Origin: Escherichia phage EPIMRB01
Strand: one strand, 5' to 3'
Sequence record: PQ657784
DNA length: 64,000 nucleotides
This document shows positions 10,572-19,307 of this stretch, one piece after another. Position numbers and translations under genes: made by a program. Each line of letters begins with the position of its first letter. The first letter of the stretch is position 1. The notes beneath the pieces are model-generated. The model saw only the letters and a program-made list of their open reading frames with translations, searched no databases and was not told the origin of the DNA.

Positions 10572-10879
10572 CGGAAAGTCCCTGCAATTGGAATACTAAC
10601 AATACGCCCAGTATCTAGAATTCGTTGATATAATCTTTGTGTATCTACATCAGGCTTAACATGTTTAACTTCTATTTTATTAAACCAAAACTTGCGTGGA
10701 GTCTCAACTAGTCTTGGAATTCCCATACCTAAAGCTAGTTTATATTGGTCTTTGAGAGTAGTAAAAACTCTATCAGCAATCTCTCTTTCAAAAAATACAG
10801 CAGGACGATGTTCATCAAGTGGAACTGGCGCAGTAAATCCATCTTTGTCTCGGTAAACTATCGCATATACATAAACCAT
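10568..10879 (-). CDS. hypothetical protein (dda.1 position)
   Basis: 103-aa ORF, ATGA overlap with dda. Confidence 0.55.
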   Translation of the reverse strand: MVYVYAIVYRDKDGFTAPVPLDEHRPAVFFEREIADRVFTTLKDQYKLALGMGIPRLVETPRKFWFNKIEVKHVKPDVDTQRLYQRILDTGRIVSIPIAGTFR

Positions 10880-10880
10880 A

Positions 10881-11627
10881 TTATCCTCGGATAAGTTTAA
10901 AAATTGAACAATTTAGCGGGTATCCTCTTTTCAGTTTAAGTTTATCAATAAAAGACAAGTTTTGATACCGCTCTACACCTTGAATAATTTTATCACACAT
11001 ATCATATTGCATTTCTGCTTCTGACAACTTTTTCACAATTTTCCAATCCGAGCCTTTAAGAAGAACGTTCAGTTTAACAACTTCAGCGCCTTCTGCTATG
11101 CGAGAACCATCAATACGAGCTTTAAGTGCTATAATCCTTAGCTTAATATCAGAGGTCTGTTTTGATTTAGAAAGCTTAGAAATGTGTTCAATTCGATTTT
11201 CACGCTTTTTCTGTATAGCTTTAATTTGATTATAAGTCTTTTTGATTTTAGCCCATTTCTTTTCATCTAAATTTAGTTTATGAACTTTTTTCGCAGATGA
11301 ACGACCAATTCGCAAAGCAAATAAATCCCGTTTTTCAATCAACTCTTCTAAAGTATAATCAGAACGAAATGTATTATACTTTTTCTTTACTGCAATAACA
11401 TTCCCTTTAATGTATCCAATGTTATTATCAAAACGTTCTAATGATAATTTCTCTCCTTCAATACGATTATCAAAAGGTTCTCCTGAGTAAGCGCAAACTT
11501 TCTGATCTAAAATGTTCTTAATGTAATTGAAGTCTAAGTTAAAATCTTTAGAACGTCTTTTAGCAGATGCCTGAGTGTGCTCTAAACGACGTTTAATTTT
11601 ACGAATTTGATTATTAGACAGTTTCAT
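10881..11627 (-). CDS. srd: Srd-like protein (basic, lysine-rich)
   Basis: 248-aa ORF between dda.1 and modA; size and position match T4 srd; no motif check possible. Confidence 0.5.
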   Translation of the reverse strand: MKLSNNQIRKIKRRLEHTQASAKRRSKDFNLDFNYIKNILDQKVCAYSGEPFDNRIEGEKLSLERFDNNIGYIKGNVIAVKKKYNTFRSDYTLEELIEKRDLFALRIGRSSAKKVHKLNLDEKKWAKIKKTYNQIKAIQKKRENRIEHISKLSKSKQTSDIKLRIIALKARIDGSRIAEGAEVVKLNVLLKGSDWKIVKKLSEAEMQYDMCDKIIQGVERYQNLSFIDKLKLKRGYPLNCSIFKLIRG

Positions 11628-11662
11628 ATTTTTCTCACATCTTACGGACGATTGACTACTAT

Positions 11663-11692
11663 ACTATAACATTTTTACCTTGGCTTGTAAAC
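11663..11692 (-). promoter_or_regulatory. early promoter upstream of srd
   Basis: GTTTAC-N18-TATAGT on minus strand. Confidence 0.5.
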
Positions 11693-11703
11693 AATTTTAT
11701 GAA

Positions 11704-11731
11704 AAATGCTTCAAAAATTTCATGGTATAAT
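11704..11731 (+). promoter_or_regulatory. middle-promoter-like motif on plus strand
   Basis: plus strand AAATGCTTCA, 12-nt spacer, TATAAT; would read antisense into modA. Confidence 0.3.
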
Positions 11732-11748
11732 GAATCTAAGTCCTTCCA

Positions 11749-12351
11749 TTATAGATTAAATCCTTCAAAATCAAGAGTATAGATAGTGTATGTTGAATAC
11801 TTTTTATACTCATATCTATCTGCAATTCTAAATACACTTCCAGCTGGTATCATTACTTCTTGTTCATCTGAAACTAATTCCATATTACGATAACGATGGC
11901 TATCCGGAAACTTAAAGTTTGGATTGTATTCTTTACAGCGTAGAGCTTTTATGGCATACTCCTGGAAATTGAATACCATAGGAGCTTTGAATTCAAAAAT
12001 AACCTGTGTGTTATACTCTAAACCGGAAGCAAAATGTAGAGCTATATTTTTATCATATGAAGCTGATACGACTTTATCAAATGTAATAATATCAATTCCT
12101 TGATTTAATACTTGCTTAGTCTCAGCTGGAACACCTCTCCAAAGAGGTTTATCGTTTGGAACCAAACGAGATTTGATTATTTCATTTAACCAAGTATGGT
12201 CATCTGGCTTATTAGTAATACAATGAATTAAAAGTTCAATTTCAGATAAATTAAACCCTTCAGAAAGTAATTCTTCACGAATAGAAGCACGCACCGATGC
12301 ATCCATTGATTTTATTTTAAAATCTTTTAGTTGCATTACTGAGTATTTCAT
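11749..12351 (-). CDS. modA: ADP-ribosyltransferase ModA
   Basis: 200 aa as T4 ModA; R / S-x-S / E-x-E ART motifs (WRG, SAS, EQE). Confidence 0.8.
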   Translation of the reverse strand: MKYSVMQLKDFKIKSMDASVRASIREELLSEGFNLSEIELLIHCITNKPDDHTWLNEIIKSRLVPNDKPLWRGVPAETKQVLNQGIDIITFDKVVSASYDKNIALHFASGLEYNTQVIFEFKAPMVFNFQEYAIKALRCKEYNPNFKFPDSHRYRNMELVSDEQEVMIPAGSVFRIADRYEYKKYSTYTIYTLDFEGFNL

Positions 12352-12971
12352 TCAACTACCTCAATATCATAAACTTTAAATGTTCCAAACGAATCGTGTA
12401 ATTTTTCTTTTGAAATAGAAGTTATTTTATACTTTCCAATTGGAATCATCCATTCTTGTTCATGTACAATCATCATTAAGTTATCAGTACGCTCTGAATC
12501 TAATCCATCAGTATCTTCATATGTATACTTAAACTCAGTATTAGGAGAAGAAAGTATAATATCGCTGATATGGTCAGAATAATTAAAAGCTTTATCAGTT
12601 TTTAAACGAAGTATTGTTTCAGTGAAATATTCAGCATAAGAAAAAGAACATGCTGTATGCAAACTAGTAGTAAATGAATCTACCCTGTTCGTTGAAAACA
12701 CTTCTCCAACTTGTAAATCTTTAATGAGTTCTTTTGTCGATTTTGATATACCACGATATAATTGATAAGGCGATTTAGTTAAATGCTTTTTAATGATTTT
12801 ATTCAACTGTCTGTGAAGAGCTTCATTCTTTTTGGCTTCCATACATTGCCAAAGAATTGATTGTTCAAAATCAGTAAACTTTTCACAAACCTTTTTATAC
12901 ATATCATGTTGAAAATCAACGCTTTCAGCTTTTATAGATAACTGTTCAACATCTGCAAGATTAATAATCAT
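12348..12971 (-). CDS. modB: ADP-ribosyltransferase ModB
   Basis: 207 aa as T4 ModB; YRG, STN, EQEW motifs; GGAGG SD. Confidence 0.8.
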   Translation of the reverse strand: MIINLADVEQLSIKAESVDFQHDMYKKVCEKFTDFEQSILWQCMEAKKNEALHRQLNKIIKKHLTKSPYQLYRGISKSTKELIKDLQVGEVFSTNRVDSFTTSLHTACSFSYAEYFTETILRLKTDKAFNYSDHISDIILSSPNTEFKYTYEDTDGLDSERTDNLMMIVHEQEWMIPIGKYKITSISKEKLHDSFGTFKVYDIEVVE

Positions 12972-12997
12972 GATAGCCTCCGTATACTTCAGAAGCT

Positions 12998-13027
12998 ATC
13001 ATATCATCGTTAGAAAGGAAAGTAAAC
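12998..13027 (-). promoter_or_regulatory. early promoter upstream of modB
   Basis: GTTTAC-N18-TATGAT on minus strand. Confidence 0.45.
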
Positions 13028-13038
13028 AACTTTTTGAA

Positions 13039-13221
13039 TTATTTTGCCCAGGGAGCCCAAGGCGGAGGGTCAAGATGGTATGAAGCTAGTTCTTCTAGAA
13101 GAGCATCTGGGGCTTCAATTCCATAATTCTGTAATACTATACGGTATTCTTTCTTATAATCACTAGAATCATTCTGGATATTCGTAGAATGATTATCTTC
13201 TAACATCTCAAATAAATCCAT
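13039..13221 (-). CDS. hypothetical protein
   Basis: 60-aa ORF. Confidence 0.4.
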   Translation of the reverse strand: MDLFEMLEDNHSTNIQNDSSDYKKEYRIVLQNYGIEAPDALLEELASYHLDPPPWAPWAK

Positions 13222-13229
13222 ACTAATTC

Positions 13230-13700
13230 CTAGCGATAAAAACCAAATTGACGATTAGCTTCAATAATCTTTCTTTCTTCTTCTGACATTCTCCAGCGTA
13301 GTCCAACATCAAAATGAGCCCAGACCATCTTAACAAATGCATTTATATCTTTAATATCTTCAATAATGAATGTTTTACTTTTAGAAGGTTGACTAACTAA
13401 TTTAACTTTATCGTCTTCAAACAGGTCAAAAAGACCATATTCATGAGCTCTTTTATAGCCTTTAATAGTTAAAGCTTCAGAAGAAGAAAACGGTGAATCA
13501 GTCTTCTGCAAAATATCTTCAGTATGCTTTATAATTAGAATAACATTTTCTGGATATTTTCTTTCTTTTATATCTTTAATTAAAAGATCCGGATTTTCTG
13601 CTAAAGGAATAATTAATGAGCACTTTTTATCAAGTGTATTTACTGATTTACCTTCTTTGGACATAAATTCTATTGAATAATGTTTTGCTACTTCAATCAT
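13230..13700 (-). CDS. hypothetical protein
   Basis: 156-aa ORF. Confidence 0.5.
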   Translation of the reverse strand: MIEVAKHYSIEFMSKEGKSVNTLDKKCSLIIPLAENPDLLIKDIKERKYPENVILIIKHTEDILQKTDSPFSSSEALTIKGYKRAHEYGLFDLFEDDKVKLVSQPSKSKTFIIEDIKDINAFVKMVWAHFDVGLRWRMSEEERKIIEANRQFGFYR

Positions 13701-13857
13701 GTGATTTCCTTTTGCCTACTAATGGACCGTCAGGAATTTTATTTTCCTGAATGTATTTTTCATTTTCTTCCATCATTTTACTGCCAATTTTAAGAAGCAA
13801 ATCCAAGGCTTCATTTGCTTTAGCCTTTGCCTCTTCTAACGTCATATCTTTGGTCAT
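13693..13857 (-). CDS. hypothetical small protein
   Basis: 54-aa ORF read by hand; ATGA overlap with both neighbours. Confidence 0.35.
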   Translation of the reverse strand: MTKDMTLEEAKAKANEALDLLLKIGSKMMEENEKYIQENKIPDGPLVGKRKSHD

Positions 13858-14057
13858 GATTTATCACCATAGATGTCTCTCATCAATTTAAGCGCTGAGC
13901 GTTCTAATTTCTTTTCTTTCTCAGCACTAATCATTGATTTCATCCATTCTTCTGATTCGTTTTGCATTTCTTTATTTGCCTGTTCAACCCAACCATCGTC
14001 AATGTACATTGAGTTTGGTCTACTGAACCATTCAAGCATTTTCTTCAGAACTTTCAT
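13854..14057 (-). CDS. hypothetical protein
   Basis: 67-aa ORF. Confidence 0.45.
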   Translation of the reverse strand: MKVLKKMLEWFSRPNSMYIDDGWVEQANKEMQNESEEWMKSMISAEKEKKLERSALKLMRDIYGDKS

Positions 14058-14529
14058 CTGTTTTACCTAAAACAACAGTAGGAGCATCATCAAATTCATG
14101 AATTTTTAGCAAATTTGGATGTAAACTATTCCATACAGAAGAAATAAAGTATGATAAAGCATCTTCACTCACAATTATAAATTTATTTCCTTTATCTATT
14201 TTCCAGCTATATACTGAATCATACGAATAGAAAGATAAAGGTTTATCATTATATTGTTCTGCGCTAACATTAATGTATTCGGATTTAGTAAATGCTTCAA
14301 TTGCTCTAAACGGAATATTTGGTACAGTTTCAATAATTCCGATCTTTTTAAGTTTTATTTCAGCATCTTCTGGAACTGGCATTGAAACAAAATTTTCTAC
14401 GAGATACATTGGGTCACAATAACCCTTATCAATCATTACTGCTACGGTAATTGGAACGTCTTTAGCAAACGACATACTATTACTGCTAATATACATTTCA
14501 AACAAAATCGCTTCCATAATTTTCCTCAA
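14032..14529 (-). CDS. hypothetical protein
   Basis: 165-aa ORF. Confidence 0.5.
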   Translation of the reverse strand: MRKIMEAILFEMYISSNSMSFAKDVPITVAVMIDKGYCDPMYLVENFVSMPVPEDAEIKLKKIGIIETVPNIPFRAIEAFTKSEYINVSAEQYNDKPLSFYSYDSVYSWKIDKGNKFIIVSEDALSYFISSVWNSLHPNLLKIHEFDDAPTVVLGKTDESSEENA

Positions 14530-14867
14530 TCACAAGATGTAGATGAACAGCCAGAATCACAAGAACTTCCACATGAATCACCTGCCCATACATGAACAGG
14601 AACATTAGTATCATATGAATCATAACTAGACTGTGTATTCTGTGCATTAGATGATGTAGTAGGTGTTGACCAGCGCCAAGGATTTTTATAATATTCCTGG
14701 GCTTCTTCATAAGTCATAGTAACTGCTTCTACTGTTCCATCTCCCATATAAACATATTCAACTACAGTTAAAGGGAGGTAGTCATTTGAAATAGGAACTA
14801 CACCTTCTCCGGGAGTTGTAGAGAAAAAATCCGTAAAGAAACTTTTAAACCAATTAAAGATAAACAT
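14526..14867 (-). CDS. hypothetical protein with Cys/Ser-rich C-terminal tail
   Basis: 113-aa ORF ending [18 protein letters not shown]. Confidence 0.45.
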   Translation of the reverse strand: MFIFNWFKSFFTDFFSTTPGEGVVPISNDYLPLTVVEYVYMGDGTVEAVTMTYEEAQEYYKNPWRWSTPTTSSNAQNTQSSYDSYDTNVPVHVWAGDSCGSSCDSGCSSTSCD

Positions 14868-15073
14868 TACAAAAAGCCTCTTTTGAATTCGACCTGCTTC
14901 TCACCATAATCATATCGAATCTCTGCGTTAAATTCAACAGACCCATCTGCGTGCATCATAAATGAATGCACAACAACTTCTGTAGACCAGGGTTGCAATT
15001 CATATTTCTTCATTACATGCCGTGAAATGATAATATCTAAATCTTCATTTGGTTTAATCCAACGATTTAACAT
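14867..15073 (-). CDS. hypothetical protein
   Basis: 68-aa ORF. Confidence 0.45.
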   Translation of the reverse strand: MLNRWIKPNEDLDIIISRHVMKKYELQPWSTEVVVHSFMMHADGSVEFNAEIRYDYGEKQVEFKRGFL

Positions 15074-15142
15074 AGTGCTCTCCTCTATAAGATAATTCTA
15101 TTATACCATACTCATTTTGATATGTAAACCATTTAAATGAAA

Positions 15143-15164
15143 AAGGACTCCCGAAGGAGTCCTT
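15143..15164 (-). terminator. rho-independent terminator downstream of soc
   Basis: 9-bp GC stem with UUCG loop followed by UUUUUCAUUU. Confidence 0.6.
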
Positions 15165-15168
15165 GAAT

Positions 15169-15414
15169 TTATTCACCAGTTACTTTCCACAAATCTTCGT
15201 TTGCAGTAATCCATTCAGTACGTTGATTTTCTTCATATACTGTAGAATATGCTGCTTTTTCTGAAGGGAATATCTGGTAATGAGCGCCAGAAATTTTATG
15301 AACGTCAGAATAAAGAGGGAAAGCTACAGAAATTTCCTTTCCTTCAATTTTCTTATTTCCATCTAATTTTTGCTCAAATGTTTTAATATTAACATAACCG
15401 CGAGTACTAGCCAT
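15169..15414 (-). CDS. soc: small outer capsid protein Soc
   Basis: 81 codons; MASTRGYVNIKTFEQ start as in T4 Soc; TATAAATA late promoter 31 nt upstream. Confidence 0.9.
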   Translation of the reverse strand: MASTRGYVNIKTFEQKLDGNKKIEGKEISVAFPLYSDVHKISGAHYQIFPSEKAAYSTVYEENQRTEWITANEDLWKVTGE

Positions 15415-15444
15415 GTAATTCTCCTTTTATTTAAATTACATGAC

Positions 15445-15452
15445 TATTTATA
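15445..15452 (-). promoter_or_regulatory. late promoter TATAAATA upstream of soc
   Basis: exact TATAAATA on minus strand 31 nt before soc ATG. Confidence 0.6.
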
Positions 15453-15482
15453 ATAAATTCTCGCGGCTTTTAAGACGAGCTG

Positions 15483-16001
15483 TTAATAACCTCGGTCCTG
15501 ACGAGCAAAGTTCTCGGCATTTTTCAGATAATAAAGTTTAAAGATTTCTTCTGCTGTAAGACCAAGACCCTGGAACATATTCAGAACGAAATGAAGAATA
15601 TCAATCATTTCAAATTTAATTTCTAACTGGTCTTGTGGAGACAAATCAGTAATCAGAGTTTCACGACGTTCACCATGCTGCGACTTCCAAGGTTTCCATA
15701 CAGCAGATGCGTCTTTTTCACCATTACTCATACCACCAAGAGAAGTCAGAAGTTCACGGAATTCATCGTCAATATAATCTTTCTGATTACGCAACCAATC
15801 AACAACTTCACCGGCAGTAGCCAAGTCATCAGGATGACGATTATATTCAGGTTTATCTTTAGCTAAACGAATCTGCAGAGATTTCTGCATGTCAAGCATT
15901 ACCTGCAGCGGGTCTTTTTCATCACCGAGAATATCCCAATATTCATTTTGAGCTTTATCAGCGCCTTCAATCAGTTGTGAACATTCGTTAAAGTAAGCCA
16001 T
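15483..16001 (-). CDS. 56: dCTP pyrophosphatase gp56 (MazG-like)
   Basis: 172 aa from ATG at 16001 with AAAGGA SD; size matches T4 gp56; track ORF is N-terminally extended. Confidence 0.8.
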   Translation of the reverse strand: MAYFNECSQLIEGADKAQNEYWDILGDEKDPLQVMLDMQKSLQIRLAKDKPEYNRHPDDLATAGEVVDWLRNQKDYIDDEFRELLTSLGGMSNGEKDASAVWKPWKSQHGERRETLITDLSPQDQLEIKFEMIDILHFVLNMFQGLGLTAEEIFKLYYLKNAENFARQDRGY

Positions 16002-16074
16002 TATTTTTCCTTTCAATTCATGGGTTAGTAGATTAATTATACAATAAATATATAAAGCAATAAGGAGGATATAT

Positions 16075-16275
16075 ATGGTACAAAAATTAATGGCACTTGT
16101 TAATGCCATAAAAGGTAATAAAAAACGTATAGCTTTTACTATTTCTGCTATGGTAGGAATTTTACTCTGGAACTTTATTTTATCACCAATTGCAATTGCG
16201 CATGGTGTTAATATTCCAGTAGTTACTCTTGATACATTCGTAGATCTAGCATTTGCTTTAGTTGGGTTAATTTAA
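16075..16275 (+). CDS. hypothetical small hydrophobic protein
   Basis: 66-aa plus-strand ORF with AAGGAGG SD 6 nt before ATG; sits in the 56-61 intergenic gap; stop overlaps gene 61 stop convergently. Confidence 0.4.
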   Translation: MVQKLMALVNAIKGNKKRIAFTISAMVGILLWNFILSPIAIAHGVNIPVVTLDTFVDLAFALVGLI

Positions 16276-17300
16276 ATCTTGGCATATTTAGATAGCCGCA
16301 TTTTAGCCATCAACCCCTGGGCAATATTATTTTTCATATATTCCATAATTTGTTCAGGGGTTGCACCTTCCTTTCTAATCATATCATTGACATCTTTTGA
16401 TTTCCAGGGAGATTTATCCCAAAACATAACCCTTTCTCCTGCATCAACTAATTTAGTCATTCGTTTGATAGTGTCAGGGTGACGAGGTTCATTATCTAAA
16501 ACCCACACTCGTCTATCTTTAAATGGAACAACTTCTAGGTCTAATTGACCACCCGTAATAGCTATACCATTTTCAATAAAAAGTGAATCTATAGGTCCTT
16601 CTAGAACATATACATCACCATCTTTAACTCGTTCGACTCCATAGATTTTTGTTGCTTCAGGATAAGCTTTGATGGTGATATATTTTTGGGGAGCATCTTT
16701 CTTTAATGCACGTCCTTGAAAAGACTCAGCTTTTCCATTAGCATTATAAATTGGAATAACAAGACGAGGCTCAGGTATTTCCTTTTTGTATGTTCCCGGT
16801 GCTATGCTATTAACTAATTTAGGCCATTCAGTTGTAAACCAAAGATATTTCCATTTATCCTTTGGAATACAACGAGCTTTTACATATTTTATAATTGCAT
16901 GGTCTTCCGCCAGTTTATCTAATCTAACGCATGACGGAAGAGATTTAATTATTTTCTTCTCAGGTTGTTTAGAAAGTTCTTTAGGTTTTTCTACTGGACG
17001 ACTTTTACCTTTTTCTTTTCTTATTTCAAAGATATACTCACGATATAAATCAGGTTCAAACTCCTTTAAATATATTCCGATTGGTGCATGATAGTTACAG
17101 TTATAACAATGAATATTTCCTTCATTATTATCACCATAATACCATCCACGAGCTTTATTCTGGTCGGTTTTTGAATCTCCACAAACAGGGCATCTAAACC
17201 GTAATTTAAAAGTTGAACTATTATTTACTTGTGTGAATTTAGGTAAATGAGCTAATGCACGATACGCAAACTCATTATCAATCCAAGGTATTGATGACAT
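16272..17300 (-). CDS. 61: DNA primase gp61
   Basis: 342 aa as T4 gp61; N-terminal Cys4 zinc ribbon (CPVCGD...CYNC) and Toprim region. Confidence 0.95.
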   Translation of the reverse strand: MSSIPWIDNEFAYRALAHLPKFTQVNNSSTFKLRFRCPVCGDSKTDQNKARGWYYGDNNEGNIHCYNCNYHAPIGIYLKEFEPDLYREYIFEIRKEKGKSRPVEKPKELSKQPEKKIIKSLPSCVRLDKLAEDHAIIKYVKARCIPKDKWKYLWFTTEWPKLVNSIAPGTYKKEIPEPRLVIPIYNANGKAESFQGRALKKDAPQKYITIKAYPEATKIYGVERVKDGDVYVLEGPIDSLFIENGIAITGGQLDLEVVPFKDRRVWVLDNEPRHPDTIKRMTKLVDAGERVMFWDKSPWKSKDVNDMIRKEGATPEQIMEYMKNNIAQGLMAKMRLSKYAKI

Positions 17301-17302
17301 TT

Positions 17303-17467
17303 TTACTCTTCTTTTTCTTTAGATTCCTCTTTTTTCTTTTTAGGAATCTGTTCAGGACCTTTATTTACTACAGCACCTGATGTTGTTCCAGTAGAGATAT
17401 TTTCAGGATTACCACCTGAATCTCCAGCAACCATATCTTCTTTAATAAATTCTTTATATGTTTTCAT
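17303..17467 (-). CDS. hypothetical small protein with internal-protein-like N-terminus
   Basis: 54-aa ORF read by hand, MKTYKEFIKEDMVAGDSGG...KKKKEESKEKEE; ATGA overlap with 61.1-like stop. Confidence 0.4.
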   Translation of the reverse strand: MKTYKEFIKEDMVAGDSGGNPENISTGTTSGAVVNKGPEQIPKKKKEESKEKEE

Positions 17468-17513
17468 ATTAACCTCTATTCATAAAAGCATTAAAAATTT
17501 GGTCATCAATAGA
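17465..17513. repeat. 49-bp direct repeat, copy 1 (3' end of 61.1-like gene)
   Basis: 48/49 identical to 17823-17871; covers last 14 codons, stop, SD and ATG of next gene. Confidence 0.8.
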
Positions 17514-17825
17514 TGGCACAGTAATATTTTCTGCATCATTTAGCAAATCATTAATTTCATCGGATAGCATAACACATGTACCTTTATTTCCTGTAATTGT
17601 TACTGCGCAATTACGAACGTTTTCTTTATTAAATTTTAGGTTAATATTTTCGTAATGAAAATCCTTTAATGCTGAATATATTTTTAAAATAAAATTGTCT
17701 TTTACTACAATAAACCCAACCTCACTATTAAAACGTGGTTCATGGAAACTGTAATAAACCTTTTCATCTATAAAATCGTATGAAATTTTTTCCATTTTTA
17801 AATATGAAAATTCAGAACTATACAT
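17469..17825 (-). CDS. hypothetical protein (61.1 position)
   Basis: 118-aa ORF; C-terminal 14 aa identical to next ORF. Confidence 0.5.
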   Translation of the reverse strand: MYSSEFSYLKMEKISYDFIDEKVYYSFHEPRFNSEVGFIVVKDNFILKIYSALKDFHYENINLKFNKENVRNCAVTITGNKGTCVMLSDEINDLLNDAENITVPSIDDQIFNAFMNRG

Positions 17826-17871
17826 ATTAACCTTTATTCATAAAAGCATTAAAAATTTGGTCATCAATAGA
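17823..17871. repeat. 49-bp direct repeat, copy 2 (3' end of 61.2-like gene)
   Basis: see copy 1. Confidence 0.8.
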
Positions 17872-18453
17872 AACATTTACTTTAGACTGTTTTTCTGATG
17901 GTAATTCATATCCACATATTACAATTTTGTGATCAATATCAAAATACACAGAAGCAATATGATTAATGATGTTTTCAGTAAAGTCTAAATCAACATCAAT
18001 ATCTTTTTGACCACAGCCCAAAGGATAAATAATGCGAGTAATTCGATTATCTTTAACAAATATTCCACCGACATACTCTGTGCTGCGTTTAAAGTCTACA
18101 CGCCGACGAAATGAAAAATATTCAGGCTCTCTATGAGCTCGGCTCATAGGACACAACGAGTAACTAGAATAAGAGATGTCAAATCCTACACCTTCGATAT
18201 GAGCCAAAGTGTTATGATTAAACCAATTATAATCGTACGCCAAATCCATTAGATTATAATATGTAAAAGGCACCGGATTAACATCATTAGTCACAAGCAT
18301 GTAATTAGCAACTGCTATAATTTCATTGTTTTTAACGAATACAAACCGTGATTGATGCGAATGACCTGGACCCGCGTTTTCACGATTAATGATATAACAC
18401 TGGGCACCTTTATATTTGTATGTATCTCTGCACTTGTGCATTTGATAGAGCAT
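17827..18453 (-). CDS. hypothetical protein (61.2 position)
   Basis: 208-aa ORF; ends ...SIDDQIFNAFMNKG. Confidence 0.5.
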   Translation of the reverse strand: MLYQMHKCRDTYKYKGAQCYIINRENAGPGHSHQSRFVFVKNNEIIAVANYMLVTNDVNPVPFTYYNLMDLAYDYNWFNHNTLAHIEGVGFDISYSSYSLCPMSRAHREPEYFSFRRRVDFKRSTEYVGGIFVKDNRITRIIYPLGCGQKDIDVDLDFTENIINHIASVYFDIDHKIVICGYELPSEKQSKVNVSIDDQIFNAFMNKG

Positions 18454-18746
18454 TATTCACCTACCACTTCAGCGATGATATTTTTATTATTAAAGTTTTT
18501 ATCACAATACAGAACGTAATTGTATTGCATTACACCACCAGACTTAAGTTGTTTTTGCACTTCAGCTTTCATTTCAGGACGATCGCGCTCAACGATATTC
18601 ATAATATCCGCTTCAATTTGAGTTTCAACCTCAGTCTGATCAGCAGTCATAGACCATTCGCACAAATCTTTATCATAACCTGCCATAGCAGGCTGAGCAG
18701 CACAAGAAGCCAAAGTAAAAATTGTAGCAAAAATAAATTTTTTCAT
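18453..18746 (-). CDS. sp: spackle periplasmic protein
   Basis: 97 aa with signal peptide; position between 61.x and dmd as in T4. Confidence 0.8.
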   Translation of the reverse strand: MKKFIFATIFTLASCAAQPAMAGYDKDLCEWSMTADQTEVETQIEADIMNIVERDRPEMKAEVQKQLKSGGVMQYNYVLYCDKNFNNKNIIAEVVGE

Positions 18747-18806
18747 GATAATCTCCTCAGTAGTTTATGTTTATATAGTATCTCAATTTCCAACAAAAGT
18801 AAACAG

Positions 18807-19106
18807 CTATTTTAAAACTTCTGCATAATCACATGTTACAAACTGTTTCTCTAGCTTGACGATTTTACGAAAGTATCTTTTGCATTGGCGAATCTGCCGC
18901 TTCGTGGGGCGAACAGCAAACTTAATAAATTCCACTCGACCAAATGGAGGACTTTCTTCTGCTGGAATATCTAGCACCAATTCCCACGTATCTGCAATAA
19001 GTGCTTTGAATTGCGTATTTTTCCTGACGTTATACGGTGTAGGTTTAAATAAAACAATATGCATATTATCCTCGGCAATCCACTTCACATACTTTCTTGT
19101 CATCAA
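18807..19106 (-). CDS. hypothetical protein (61.4 position, adjacent to dmd)
   Basis: 99-aa basic ORF. Confidence 0.5.
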   Translation of the reverse strand: MMTRKYVKWIAEDNMHIVLFKPTPYNVRKNTQFKALIADTWELVLDIPAEESPPFGRVEFIKFAVRPTKRQIRQCKRYFRKIVKLEKQFVTCDYAEVLK

Positions 19107-19248
19107 TGAAAGCTTTAACTAATGCTTTATTAACTTCAGCATATTGAGTAGTAGCCCATTGAACGTCATCTTTCATCATTGTGGTTTCTTTAGTAAACAT
19201 GCTTTCATTCTTAAACCACCCCATAAAAACTACCTTTACCAATTCCAT
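19066..19248 (-). CDS. dmd: Dmd antitoxin
   Basis: 60 aa, MELVKVVFMGWFKNE...; size and position match T4 Dmd; GAGGAG SD. Confidence 0.85.
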   Translation of the reverse strand: MELVKVVFMGWFKNESMFTKETTMMKDDVQWATTQYAEVNKALVKAFIDDKKVCEVDCRG

Positions 19249-19277
19249 AACAATCTCCTCATTTAACCAACAAGACT

Positions 19278-19307
19278 ACTATACCATAGTCTCGTCAGCT
19301 TGTAAAC
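19278..19307 (-). promoter_or_regulatory. early promoter upstream of dmd
   Basis: GTTTAC-N18-TATAGT, -35 overlaps gene 41 stop. Confidence 0.55.

Noticed and set aside
14498-14710. 70-aa His/Leu-rich minus-strand ORF
   Set aside because: Fully overlaps the 14526-14867 ORF in another frame.
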